Assembly (NCBI GenBank): GCA_047285805.1
Contig: JBJBCN010000002.1
Span: 704,001-768,000, forward strand
Source of the DNA: Synechococcus sp.
GTDB taxonomy: Bacteria; Cyanobacteriota; Cyanobacteriia; PCC-6307; Cyanobiaceae
Length of the DNA: 64,000 bases
Direction of reading: 5' to 3'
In this document: piece by piece, positions 29,602 to 39,241 of the stretch
How positions within the stretch are numbered: position 1 is the stretch's first letter
How the letters are laid out: the number at the start of each line of letters is the position of its first letter
Made by a program: the position numbers and the translations under genes
Notes under the pieces: generated by a model
What the model was told of the DNA's origin: nothing
Databases searched by the model: none
The model's input: only the letters and a program-made list of their open reading frames with translations

Positions 29602-29631
29602 CAAAAAAAGAGGCGGGTTTCACCCCGCCTC
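29602..29631 (-). terminator. Intrinsic terminator (U-tract on the minus strand)
   Basis: GAGGCGGG/CCCGCCTC stem with a T7 run on the minus strand. Confidence 0.7.
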
Positions 29632-30398
29632 AGGTTCTCCCTTGAAACCCATTCGAAGGTCTCGGATCGATAGTGCGGCCAGGCATCAATCTATGACGTG
29701 CCTTTGGTCACCCATTGAGCCATGCGTGTGGCACTAAACACTCGGCCTGAGGTTCTCAGTGCAGTCAGTGGGCAGTGCCCCTCCAACGACCAGCCGAGAA
29801 AACCTCCATGGGATTACTAGCCACAGAGGTTTGCGCTCACAGCGACTGCGTCTGCGCCGTGCTGTCCGAAAAGATTCGAGACCAGTTTTGTGCTGGCGGA
29901 AACCGTCTGCAGCTCAGGCGACTGAGACCTGCTGTAGCTAAAGCTGCCTAGGTGCCGCTTGCACTTGCTGATGCCGACCCATTGAGAAGAGCCATAAGAT
30001 AAAAACCCCCGACTTCGAAACTAAGACGTCGGAGGGGTAATGGGCGGGCTCAGGGAGAAATCAGGGAGAGTGTTAGCTCCCCGGCGGATCGCTTGGACTC
30101 GCCAATCAGCGTTCCTACGATCATTTATGGCAAAGCCCATTGGGGTGGTGCGAGGGCTTGTAAAGAAGCTCTACTGCGACTGCACACCCGCATACTGGCG
30201 CTTGGTACCAAAATGAGCCATAACCAAGGTCTGCCGTGCAGTGCATAGGGTGAGAGAGGAGCCTGGTGATGACCGGCTTTTTTCTTGTCAACACATCAGA
30301 TGGCCGACCCACTGCTCACTAGTGGGAAGTGGAAGGACTATCACTCGGCTTGAGCCACAGGCAAGCGGACTAATTAGGCACAAAATCAGGCACAGGGC

Positions 30399-30701
30399 TC
30401 AGATCAGTGCCGAGAGTTTGGTCCTGAAATCCCCCTTCGGCATGCCGCCTTTGATCTCCCCTTTAATACTGAACTCGCCTTCTGGGTCTTCGACTACGAG
30501 GTAAGTCGGCCAGCCCATTCCTTCTTTATTGGGGTACTGCGCCAACAAAACCTTGCGGAATTTCCTGTAGGTCTCCGTGTCCTGAAGCATTACGCTGACA
30601 AAGGTGCACCCCAACTCTTCGGTGACCTTGCTGTCGTAATGACTCATCCGGTGGCAGGTGCCGCAATCCTCGGAGCTGAACTTGAGGACCGTGAGTGTCA
30701 T
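30399..30701 (-). CDS. Thioredoxin-like protein (integration target)
   Basis: CGTC motif and WPTY cis-Pro loop. Confidence 0.88.
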   Translation of the reverse strand: MTLTVLKFSSEDCGTCHRMSHYDSKVTEELGCTFVSVMLQDTETYRKFRKVLLAQYPNKEGMGWPTYLVVEDPEGEFSIKGEIKGGMPKGDFRTKLSALI

Positions 30702-30725
30702 GCCAGGAGATGCAGCAGACACAAC

Positions 30726-30908
30726 CTAGTGGCACTGATCGAAGCTGATGTCACCTAAGAAACAAACATCGAGAAGACGTTGCAAAGCCGCCGCACGGGA
30801 GGGCAAGCCCCACTGCTCTTTGAGGGCATCCAAACGAGCTAAGTGAACAAGGCGGATGTCGCAGGTGACCTTGACACGCTCGTCACCCAGAAAAGGAAGG
30901 CTGTGCAT
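30726..30908 (-). CDS. Small ribbon-helix-helix/CopG-like protein
   Basis: VKVTCDI..LDALKEQWGLPSRAAALQRLLD. Confidence 0.55.
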   Translation of the reverse strand: MHSLPFLGDERVKVTCDIRLVHLARLDALKEQWGLPSRAAALQRLLDVCFLGDISFDQCH

Positions 30909-31164
30909 CTCCCTCGCGAATCGCTGCCGCAACAATGGCCGCGATCAAGGGGATGTCAACGCAAGACCGGAACCGGCAGGTAGGCAGGTGCGAAGCTGCA
31001 GGCCAGGGCGAGCTGCCTAAGGGGCACACCAAAGACGGTGCTCACGACATCGATGGCAACGCGGGACAGCAACCGACCAACACTGTTATCCCAATTGTAA
31101 AGAGACGTAAAGCAGAGCTGAGGTTGCGGGTGTCAGGTCCGCAATCGGTCCAACGGGCGGGGGG

Positions 31165-31989
31165 TTAAGGCGAAGACTCAACGTTGAAGCCGGTGACTTC
31201 CTGCTTGCTGTCCAAGCGGTCGGCCAGGGGCCTCGCTTCTTGGGCCAGCTGGCGTTTCAGCAGAACCCGGTCGGTGACATCCCGTTGGACGGACACCCAA
31301 TGGGTGAACCAACCCGAGGAATCGGCTAGGGGTGAGACCTTGAGCTCAATCCAACACGTGGATTGATCACGCCGGTAGTTGATGACCTGCATCGTCGCGG
31401 ACTTCCACTGGTCCATCGCCGCCCGCAGCGCAGCCGTGCTCTCCTTTGAGGTCTCAGGCCCTTCGAATAAACGCGGACTGCGGCCCAACACCTCATGCAG
31501 GGCGAAGCCGGTGTGCTCCAACAGGGATTTGTTGGCGTAAACAATGATCGGACCAGGGGCGTCCAAGGGTTCAGCCAAGGTCTCCAACACAGCGTCCTGG
31601 GCGGTATCCAACACTCCTTCAAGAAGGCGCCGATAGGCGTCTTCGTTTGTTTCCGCGGGCCCGGCATCCAGGCGCTGGGCCCGGCGCCGCAACACACCGA
31701 CCCCAAAGCCAGAGTCCGAGGCAAACAAGCGAATCCGCGTGGCCAACTCCACACCGGTGGGGTGAGGAAGGGGCAGGACATGGTCCCTGGCTCCTTCGGC
31801 TAGGCGCCTGTGCTCTTGGACAATCAGGTCAGCCAGCTGTGGCCAGCAGTCGTGGATGGGTTGACCGCACCACTCCTGGGCGTGATGCCCCAAACGCTGC
31901 TGAACGCCTCGGTCCACATGGGTGATCACACCGCGCGCGCCGCAGAGCACCAAACCATCCCCGGGCTCCAGCAGGAAGAAAGGGTGCAT
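31165..31989 (-). CDS. Tandem PAS (LOV-like) sensor with no output domain
   Basis: IVYAN..TGF..EVLGRSPRLFEG..NYRRD..W..VSVQRDVT. Confidence 0.8.
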   Translation of the reverse strand: MHPFFLLEPGDGLVLCGARGVITHVDRGVQQRLGHHAQEWCGQPIHDCWPQLADLIVQEHRRLAEGARDHVLPLPHPTGVELATRIRLFASDSGFGVGVLRRRAQRLDAGPAETNEDAYRRLLEGVLDTAQDAVLETLAEPLDAPGPIIVYANKSLLEHTGFALHEVLGRSPRLFEGPETSKESTAALRAAMDQWKSATMQVINYRRDQSTCWIELKVSPLADSSGWFTHWVSVQRDVTDRVLLKRQLAQEARPLADRLDSKQEVTGFNVESSP

Positions 31990-32030
31990 CTGAACAACCT
32001 ATCCGCGTTGAAAAAGCCGATGCTGATGGA

Positions 32031-32819
32031 ATGAGCGCAACCCCGTATTTCGAAGCCATTGCCGTTGAGGCCTGGCTCGGCTCCAGGCCCGTCTTCAAGG
32101 ACTTAACCCTGACCTTGCAGCTCGGTGAACCCACGGTGCTGCTGGGTCCCAACGGTGCCGGCAAAAGCGCCTTGATCCAGTTGATCAGCCGCAGCCTCTA
32201 CCCGGTTGTGAAACCAGGCTCAGCCCTCCGACTCTTCGGGAACAGCACCGTCAAACTCTGGGACCTGCGTCAACGGATTGGCTTTGTCTCGAGTGCTCTT
32301 GAAGCCAGCTACATCACAAGCGTCTGTGCGGAAGATGTCGTTCTTTCGGGAGTCTTTGGCTCAATTGGTTTAGGGCTTCCCCAACAGCCCACAGGCCAAC
32401 AGCGCGATCAGGCGCTTCAGCAACTCGAGCAACTCGGACTCAGCCATCTGCAAAGGCGCCCCTTTGGCGAATGCTCCGATGGACAACGCCGACGTTTGCT
32501 ACTCGGTCGTGCCCTGATTCACCACCCGGAGGTTCTCGTTCTCGACGAACCGATCAACGGGCTGGACTTCAAGTCCAAACACGAATTGCTCGCAACCCTG
32601 AGGCAGCTCAGCCACCAGGGGACCACGGTGCTGCTGGTGACCCACCAGTTGGATGCCGTCATTCCCGAGATCAAACACGCCGTTCTGATTAAGGAGGGGA
32701 CGATCGTGGGCGATGGTCCCGTCGCGGAACTCCTCACCAGCGAATCGTTGAGCGCATGCTTTGACACCCCCATGGCGGTGTTGGAGCAGGGGGGCTGGAG
32801 GCAAGCCGTCCCGCTTTGA
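32031..32819 (+). CDS. ABC transporter ATP-binding protein (ModF-like)
   Basis: GPNGAGKS, SDGQRRR, LDEP. Confidence 0.88.
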   Translation: MSATPYFEAIAVEAWLGSRPVFKDLTLTLQLGEPTVLLGPNGAGKSALIQLISRSLYPVVKPGSALRLFGNSTVKLWDLRQRIGFVSSALEASYITSVCAEDVVLSGVFGSIGLGLPQQPTGQQRDQALQQLEQLGLSHLQRRPFGECSDGQRRRLLLGRALIHHPEVLVLDEPINGLDFKSKHELLATLRQLSHQGTTVLLVTHQLDAVIPEIKHAVLIKEGTIVGDGPVAELLTSESLSACFDTPMAVLEQGGWRQAVPL

Positions 32820-32914
32820 AGCCATAAAAAACAGCCCATGTCGTGCTGTATGAGAGGGCTTCCTCGCCATCCAACCGAAGCCGGCAGCAGCAAGCGATAG
32901 ATCAATCGACTCAA

Positions 32915-34441
32915 TCAGCGCAGCGTCGGGCTCACATCCTTCAGCGGGATCGAGGCATTGCCCCAAGGGCCAACCGATAGGAGCGGCTCGGCACCCTGAC
33001 GCGGCGGAAGCGCGTCCCCCGCGCCATAGGCAGCCTCGACCCAGCCCAACAGCAACGGACCAAGAACGCCGCCGTTGCTCTGGTCACCAGGGCGCAGATT
33101 GAAATGGTCACCGCCCTTCGCCAGGACGAGCTGGTGACCAAAGGGAATGGCCTGACGCATGGGATCGATCGCCTCAGGATCAGGGGGCACAACCCAGTCA
33201 TAGGTGCCGCTGACCACGAGCAAGCGGGCGCTGGTGGCCTGGAGTTCGGGCAGCGCAAACAGCAGCGACATCGGCGGTGAGACGGCCGCCGCCGCCACCA
33301 CCCGCTGATCATGCAGAGCAGCCTGCTTAACGCCCTCCAACCAGCTGCACTGGAGGGTCCAGCTCAAGTTGCGCTGCGGGTCGTCGATTTGAGGGCAACG
33401 GCTCTTCAAGGTTGCCGACTGGGGAACCAATCCGGCCTGCTGCAGAGCTGTTGTCGCTCCCCAGGAGTGGCCGATGACGACTACGGCATCCGCATTGACG
33501 CCGGACACCCCGGCGAGTTGACCGTTTTGAATTGCATCGGTGACGGCGCTGAGATCACGAAAACGCAGCGCGAGCTCGACGGGCTTAGGGGGAGGGACCT
33601 CACCAGTCAACATCTTCATCTGCTCCCTGTTGTCGCTGCCGGGATGGCGCGGCAAAGCGACCGTGTAACCGCTGGACGCCAGCAGCGTTGCCCAGGAGAC
33701 AAAGTTTCTAGGGCTGTCCCACAGCCCGTGAGAGATCAGGACCAACCGCCCATTGCCGCCCTGAGCGGGTTGCAGCAGCACCACCTCCAGAGGGGAGGAG
33801 CGATGGCTGACCGACAAACGAGCCTGGCGTTGACGGGTGGACAGTGCTTGCGTCGTCGGAGCTGGCGCGACGGGCAGCACCGCAGGGGCCGCCTGGGCGA
33901 AGAGGCGGTTGGCCTGGGTGCGCTGGGCCAGCATGCGGCCGAGGATCATGCGCACCTGGCCCAGGTTGAAGCGAATCCGTTGACCGGGGAGGGCTTCGAT
34001 CAGCTCCACCAGGGTGGGTTCACCCGTTTGAGAGTGGGCCATCGCCTGATGCAGGGCAGCCCGAAAGGTCTGACCGGACAGATCCGGACTCCGCCCCTCG
34101 ATCGTCCCCAGAGACGAGACCACAAGCAGGGCCTGCTCCAATAACGGTGAACCCACCGAACCGTCGGCCAAACGGGTCAGGGACATCGGGATGGGCCGCT
34201 GCAGAAGCTGAAGTAGGACCTGACTGACAGCCCCATTGGAGGCACGATCCAGTTCGGCGAGGTCACTGCGGCCGGCCATCAGGGCCTGGGGACTCTTCAG
34301 CTCACTCACCCGAACACTGAAGCTCGAGTCCAAGAGCGGCAGCTCGATCAGAACGTCTTCAATCGCCCGCGCGGGGAAACCCGTGGAGGCGGCCACCAGA
34401 CAACCCAGTCCAAGCCTCTGAAACCACTGGAGACTCGGCAC
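32915..34441 (-). CDS. Alpha/beta hydrolase with DUF1400-like N-terminus
   Basis: ISHGLW, GHSWG nucleophile, GDHF. Confidence 0.85.
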   Translation of the reverse strand: MPSLQWFQRLGLGCLVAASTGFPARAIEDVLIELPLLDSSFSVRVSELKSPQALMAGRSDLAELDRASNGAVSQVLLQLLQRPIPMSLTRLADGSVGSPLLEQALLVVSSLGTIEGRSPDLSGQTFRAALHQAMAHSQTGEPTLVELIEALPGQRIRFNLGQVRMILGRMLAQRTQANRLFAQAAPAVLPVAPAPTTQALSTRQRQARLSVSHRSSPLEVVLLQPAQGGNGRLVLISHGLWDSPRNFVSWATLLASSGYTVALPRHPGSDNREQMKMLTGEVPPPKPVELALRFRDLSAVTDAIQNGQLAGVSGVNADAVVVIGHSWGATTALQQAGLVPQSATLKSRCPQIDDPQRNLSWTLQCSWLEGVKQAALHDQRVVAAAAVSPPMSLLFALPELQATSARLLVVSGTYDWVVPPDPEAIDPMRQAIPFGHQLVLAKGGDHFNLRPGDQSNGGVLGPLLLGWVEAAYGAGDALPPRQGAEPLLSVGPWGNASIPLKDVSPTLR

Positions 34442-34477
34442 AGGTAGAGCGGCAACGTCTTCACCATCATCAAGGGC

Positions 34478-34942
34478 ATGACACAGACCCAGAGCCCACC
34501 CCAGTCCCCCGCTCCGGTGGAAGTGGCCTTGGCGGTTATTGAGCGCGAGGGGCTCTGGTTACTGCAATTGCGTGATGACATCGCCGGAATCGTTGCCCCT
34601 GGCTGCTGGGGCCTGTTTGGGGGCCACCTCGAGCCAGGGGAGTCGCCGGAGGAGGCCCTACGCCGCGAGCTCTGGGAGGAAATTCGACTGCAGCTGGGTG
34701 CCGTTGAGCCCTGGTACGTCTCGCGCAGTCCTGAAAAAATTCGACATGTCTTCCGAGCCCACCTGCAGACAACGCTGCACGCACTCGAACTGATGGAGGG
34801 GCAAGATCTGGCGCTCTTCCCACCCAACGCGCTGGCCTATGGCCAGGGGTTCAGCCCAACACTCCAGCAGTTCAGACCCCTGGCGGAATCAACGCTGGAA
34901 GCGCTCAGCCGGCATCAGGCGGACTGCTCAACGATGCGGTAG
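34478..34942 (+). CDS. NUDIX hydrolase
   Basis: GGHLEPGESPEEALRRELWEEI. Confidence 0.92.
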   Translation: MTQTQSPPQSPAPVEVALAVIEREGLWLLQLRDDIAGIVAPGCWGLFGGHLEPGESPEEALRRELWEEIRLQLGAVEPWYVSRSPEKIRHVFRAHLQTTLHALELMEGQDLALFPPNALAYGQGFSPTLQQFRPLAESTLEALSRHQADCSTMR

Positions 34943-35550
34943 AAGCTGCGCTCATCCGAACAGCAAAGATCGGCGTAGTAACGCTCCAAGACGTCGTAGG
35001 CCGCGTCGTAACTGTCAAAGTACTGGCCGGCAATCGGATCCATGGGCTTCGCCGTCGCGTCCTGTTCGTCGAGGACGATGCGAAACACCGGTCGTTGAGG
35101 TTGCAAGCGATCCAGCAGGTCGCCAAAGCTGAGTCCCTCTCCAAAGGCGCGAATCAGGGGGTTCAAGCCAATCGACTGACGTTCGGGATGCAACTTGGCC
35201 ATGGGAACCAGCCAGAAACGCCACTGCTGCGGATCCAGGGGATGGTGCGGTGCAGCCCTGCTCTCTCCCAACAAACCAAACAACAGCGTGTTGGCCACGC
35301 CGCGGGGGATCTGGAACTGCACGCTGTTCGGCGTGGCCTGGTCGGTGGAGCTGTAAAACCCGGCCGTGCTGATCGAGATCTGCCAATCAGGGATTGGCAG
35401 CACCAGGGACTGAAGATCAGAGCTGGGCTTGGAGGGCCCCGTCTCCAGACCCAGACCGTTTAAGAGCAACCAGTGGCAGCTGGCTTCGCGAACCTCATCA
35501 GCCAGCAGATTCAGCGTGTTCCATTGCAAGAAGGCCGCGAGCTCAGACAT
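34915..35550 (-). CDS. Hypothetical protein (possible two-module fusion)
   Basis: ORF in an operon with the wbuC-like and tauE-like genes. Confidence 0.6.
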   Translation of the reverse strand: MSELAAFLQWNTLNLLADEVREASCHWLLLNGLGLETGPSKPSSDLQSLVLPIPDWQISISTAGFYSSTDQATPNSVQFQIPRGVANTLLFGLLGESRAAPHHPLDPQQWRFWLVPMAKLHPERQSIGLNPLIRAFGEGLSFGDLLDRLQPQRPVFRIVLDEQDATAKPMDPIAGQYFDSYDAAYDVLERYYADLCCSDERSFYRIVEQSA

Positions 35551-36033
35551 CAAACAAGCTCCTCCAATGCGCTTCCTGTTGCACCGATTCAAGCTCCCCT
35601 TCAAGGGGAAACCCACTGAAGAAATCTTTATCCGCCAAGGGTTGGTAAGAACCCTGCTTGAGTTCAAGAATCACGGAATCGTCCGCCAGGGCGACCAGTG
35701 AATTTAAGGCGCCTTCGGCGAGTTGCAGACCGCGCACGGGTCCACCGCATCGAGTCGCTGCTTCTGAATGCAGAGGCCGTTCTCGTCAAAGAGCAGAACG
35801 CCGATCGAGCCCTGCAGAACCACAAAGCATTCGAATCCCTCGCCGGTTCCCTAACGGCAGTGGCGATGGGGCCGGACGTAGGTCCCGGGCTTCATGACAT
35901 TCAAGAAACGCTGCACCAGGTCACTCTCCTGATGCAAGTTGAAATTCATCTGTTGTCGTTCACTCTCGCGAGCTCGACCCGCCACCTGATCGAACAGGTC
36001 TTGATCAATCAGCTGCAGCACAGAAGCCGTCAT
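35543..36033 (-). pseudogene. WbuC-family cupin metalloprotein, disrupted
   Basis: NLHQ..VQRFLN..PGTYVRPHRH; in-frame TAG at 35851; frameshift near 35745; ELKQG.YQP. Confidence 0.8.
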
Positions 36034-36203
36034 CGACAGGAGCTAGACATCAGCAACGGGTGGTAGCGATACGCACCGACAACCCAGACAAGCTCAGCGA
36101 ATTTGGATGGATCAAGAGGAGCAACCATGCCCGATTGGATCCGCCCCCTGATCGCCGTCGGCTTGACCAGCTGCAGTGTCGGTCTGTTCACGGCCCTCGC
36201 CGG

Positions 36204-36959
36204 CTAGGCCGCCAAGGCCTTCACGAGCAAAGACACACCCATCAGCAGACAGAGCACTTCGAAAGCTCGCTTGACCAGCTGAGATCCCCGCTTCAGTGCC
36301 ACGTGGGCCCCGAGGTAACCACCAGCCAAGGACCCCAGGAAGAGCATGGGCAACCAGCTCCAGGCGATTTGGCCCTGGACCCCGAGCGTGAGCGCGCCAG
36401 TCCCGTTCCAGAACAACCCCACCAAAATCAAGGTGTAGGCAACAGCCTTGCCGTAGTCCAAACCAAACCAACGGACGAGCCAGAGGGTGACAAAGAGCCC
36501 AGTCCCCGACGTCAGCGAGCCGTTGAGGAAGCCAATGGCCCACAGCACAACTGCTCCGAGCAGCGCGCGTCTCAGCGTCCATGGCCGTTCGCGAGCACTG
36601 GCACCGAGCTGCGGTCGGCAGGCGGAATAGGCCCCCAGCGCGATGGTCAACATTCCAAGCAACAGCGTTGAGAGCTGGGCCGGTAAGGCCAGGACCGTGC
36701 GGGCCCCGAGCCAGACCCCGGGTAGACCACTCAGAAGAATCAGAGCGGAGAGCCGCGCGTTGAGGCTGCTCTCCCGGGCATGACGAAGGCTGGCACCAAC
36801 CCCGAGGGAGACACTCGCCACTTTGTGGGTGGCCAAGGCCACCGGAAAGGGCAAGCCCAACAGGATCAAAGCCGGCAACTGGATCAAGCCAGCACCCCCT
36901 CCAGCGAGGGCCGAGAGGGCATTGGCGACAAGGGCCACCACCAGGAGCCCCAGCTGCAT
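36204..36959 (-). CDS. TauE/SafE (TSUP) family transporter
   Basis: SALAGGGAGLIQLP, ALATHK, multiple TM helices. Confidence 0.85.
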   Translation of the reverse strand: MQLGLLVVALVANALSALAGGGAGLIQLPALILLGLPFPVALATHKVASVSLGVGASLRHARESSLNARLSALILLSGLPGVWLGARTVLALPAQLSTLLLGMLTIALGAYSACRPQLGASARERPWTLRRALLGAVVLWAIGFLNGSLTSGTGLFVTLWLVRWFGLDYGKAVAYTLILVGLFWNGTGALTLGVQGQIAWSWLPMLFLGSLAGGYLGAHVALKRGSQLVKRAFEVLCLLMGVSLLVKALAA

Positions 36960-36976
36960 CCAGACAACCGTGAGGC

Positions 36977-38017
36977 TCAAGGACGACTCCGAAAATGAAG
37001 AGAGAAGGCCGCACTCAGGGCATTCGCCCAGCGCAAGGGGAGATACTGCGCGAGGGCCGCGATCACACGGTTCAACCGCCCTGGCACCAGAACAACGCTG
37101 GACCCCTTGAGACCATGCTCGGTCCACTGCACGAGTTGATCCACCGTCAACCAAAACAGACCTGGCAGCCGCTGCATCCGCTCTTCAACCCCGAGCACCG
37201 CGTGAAATTCCGTGTGGACATAGCCCGGACAGAGGGCCATGACCCGGATCCCGCAGCCGGCATTTTCGGCCGCCAGCGATTGGGAGAAACGGATCAAATA
37301 GGCCTTGACCGCGCTGTATAGGGTGCTCCCGGGCAGCCCTGGGATCAGTCCCGCCAAGGAGGCCACGTTCAACACGCAGCCTTGCCTTCGCTGCTGCATT
37401 TCAGGCAGCAGTTGCCGCGTCAGCTGCGTGGGAACACGAACCATCAGCTGAAGCATCCCTTCCTGTTGATCCCAGGAGGACGCTTCAAAGGTCCCGCGCA
37501 AGCCAAACCCGGCGTTGTTCACCAAGGTCTCGACCCAAACCCCCTCGGCCGCAAGACGGGCCAACAATTGATCGACGGCTCGCGGGGCATTGAGATCCAG
37601 GGCCATGGGCACGACCCGCAGGCCAAACCGCTCCTTCAAGGCCATGGCCTGCGACTCCAAGCGGTCGCCGCGGCGAGCCACAAGCACCAGCACCTCACTG
37701 CGCGGAGCAAAGGAGACGGCCAAGGCTGCACCTATGCCACTGGACGCCCCGGTGATCAACGTGCAGGGGCGGGCCGCCAGATCCGAAACGCGGTCCAGCG
37801 CGGGCTGACGGTTTGGGCTGGCGGAGAGCTGATTGGCCAGCTGCAAACAGGCATCCATTTCCTGCCAGAGCAACTCCCGCCGATCGGAACTCACCGAAAA
37901 GGAGCGGTGGTGAAGATCGCGGCCGACGTAGCGCAGGGCGTCAATCAACCGGCGCCGGTCCTCTGGGGCGAGGGCCTCAACAGACCAGGAGTCATCGCTC
38001 GTTGGAGTCACACCCAT
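36977..38017 (-). CDS. Short-chain dehydrogenase with N-terminal extension
   Basis: TGASSGIG, NNAG, YSAVK. Confidence 0.88.
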   Translation of the reverse strand: MGVTPTSDDSWSVEALAPEDRRRLIDALRYVGRDLHHRSFSVSSDRRELLWQEMDACLQLANQLSASPNRQPALDRVSDLAARPCTLITGASSGIGAALAVSFAPRSEVLVLVARRGDRLESQAMALKERFGLRVVPMALDLNAPRAVDQLLARLAAEGVWVETLVNNAGFGLRGTFEASSWDQQEGMLQLMVRVPTQLTRQLLPEMQQRRQGCVLNVASLAGLIPGLPGSTLYSAVKAYLIRFSQSLAAENAGCGIRVMALCPGYVHTEFHAVLGVEERMQRLPGLFWLTVDQLVQWTEHGLKGSSVVLVPGRLNRVIAALAQYLPLRWANALSAAFSLHFRSRP

Positions 38018-38489
38018 TGCATCTCGAGGACCTGTGCCACAGGACACGGTGCCGAACGGGGGCCCCCTGTTCAACTAGGTGGATGACGCGCAATCAGCCG
38101 TGATCCCCGCCGGTTTGGTCATCTTGGCCACGCCTGGCGTCAGCTCGCCTGGGTCAGCGCCGCCGCCCTCGCCCTTGGGGGAGAACTATTGGCCTGATCC
38201 CCTACTCGTACATCCAGTCGAAGGATTCGGGGCTTGCGGACGGAGCCTGGGGCTGAGATCCACCAGCTCGCTCAAGGCTCAGCTCAATGCTTAGGGCCAT
38301 AGCCAAGACCAGGAGGCCACCGGCCGCTGCAAAAGCCTGGGGATGCTCCACAACGGAAAAGGCTTGTTCCAACACCACAAGGACGGGGACTCACCCCATC
38401 CCTAGCCACGCTGATCGCACCTGTCCCAGAAGGGACTGGCGCTGCCAAAAGAAGAGACTTAAGATTGCTTTCAGGTTTGAGATCAGGGA

Positions 38490-38648
38490 GTGAACGAAAA
38501 CAATCCCGTCCTGCAGTCCATGCGCCAGGAACTGCAAGAACTCAAGCTTCGCTATGGCAACGCACCCACGGATTTCAACCGCTACCAGCTAGTTCGCCAC
38601 GAGCAGCGGCTGGCCCAGTGGGTCCCGAATGAAAAGATTGGCGCCTGA
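38490..38648 (+). CDS. Small hypothetical protein (52 aa, below the ORF-track cutoff)
   Basis: GTG-NENNPVLQSMRQELQELKLRYG...EKIGA*, ending just before the next gene. Confidence 0.6.
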   Translation: MNENNPVLQSMRQELQELKLRYGNAPTDFNRYQLVRHEQRLAQWVPNEKIGA

Positions 38649-38665
38649 GCGCAGTCTTGGACGGC

Positions 38666-39241
38666 ATGGAACCCAAAGCGATCCATCTGGGGCCAGGAGC
38701 CGACCTGCGCAAGAGCCTGGAGCAACTGGCCCAAAAGGAGCAGGCCGAAGGGTTTGTCCTGAGCGTTGTTGGCAATCTCAGCCAAGCCGCGTTTGCTTGC
38801 CCCGGCAGGGATCAACCAACTCTGCTCAGCGGTGAGCTGGAGATCATCACCCTGCAAGGAACGGTCTCGCCCAAGGGCGTGCACCTCCACCTGAGCTTCT
38901 CGGATGCTGAATGTCAGGTTTGGGGGGGCCACCTCGAGCACGGCAGCACGGTGCTGAAGGGCGCGGATTTGCTGGTGGGGCTCCTCCATCGCTCCAGTAG
39001 GGCGAGCCGCCCCATCGCGGACCATCACCCCCGCGTCCGGCTCGCGGTGGCTGAAGGCTGCCCCTGGTCCAGCCGTGCCATGCGAATGCTGCGCAGTCTT
39101 GGGATTCCCTTCGAGCTGGCCACACCCGAAACTGGTTCGGTGCCCCAAATCTGGATTGAGGGGACGATGATCGGCGGATACGAGGACCTGGCCGACTGGC
39201 ACGGCCAAGGAAAACTTGAGCGCTTCCGAACTGGCTTCTGA
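38666..39241 (+). CDS. PPC/DUF296 domain fused to a glutaredoxin-like domain
   Basis: EIITLQGT, HLHLS, GGHL; then CPWS, SVPQIW, IGGYEDL. Confidence 0.85.
   Translation: MEPKAIHLGPGADLRKSLEQLAQKEQAEGFVLSVVGNLSQAAFACPGRDQPTLLSGELEIITLQGTVSPKGVHLHLSFSDAECQVWGGHLEHGSTVLKGADLLVGLLHRSSRASRPIADHHPRVRLAVAEGCPWSSRAMRMLRSLGIPFELATPETGSVPQIWIEGTMIGGYEDLADWHGQGKLERFRTGF

Larger units (their letters stand above)
21675..30584. mobile_element. Genomic island 1, integrated in the thioredoxin-like gene
   Basis: ~180-bp imperfect direct repeats 21675-21853 and 30406-30584; integrase remnant; accessory cargo that looks more AT-rich. Confidence 0.85.
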
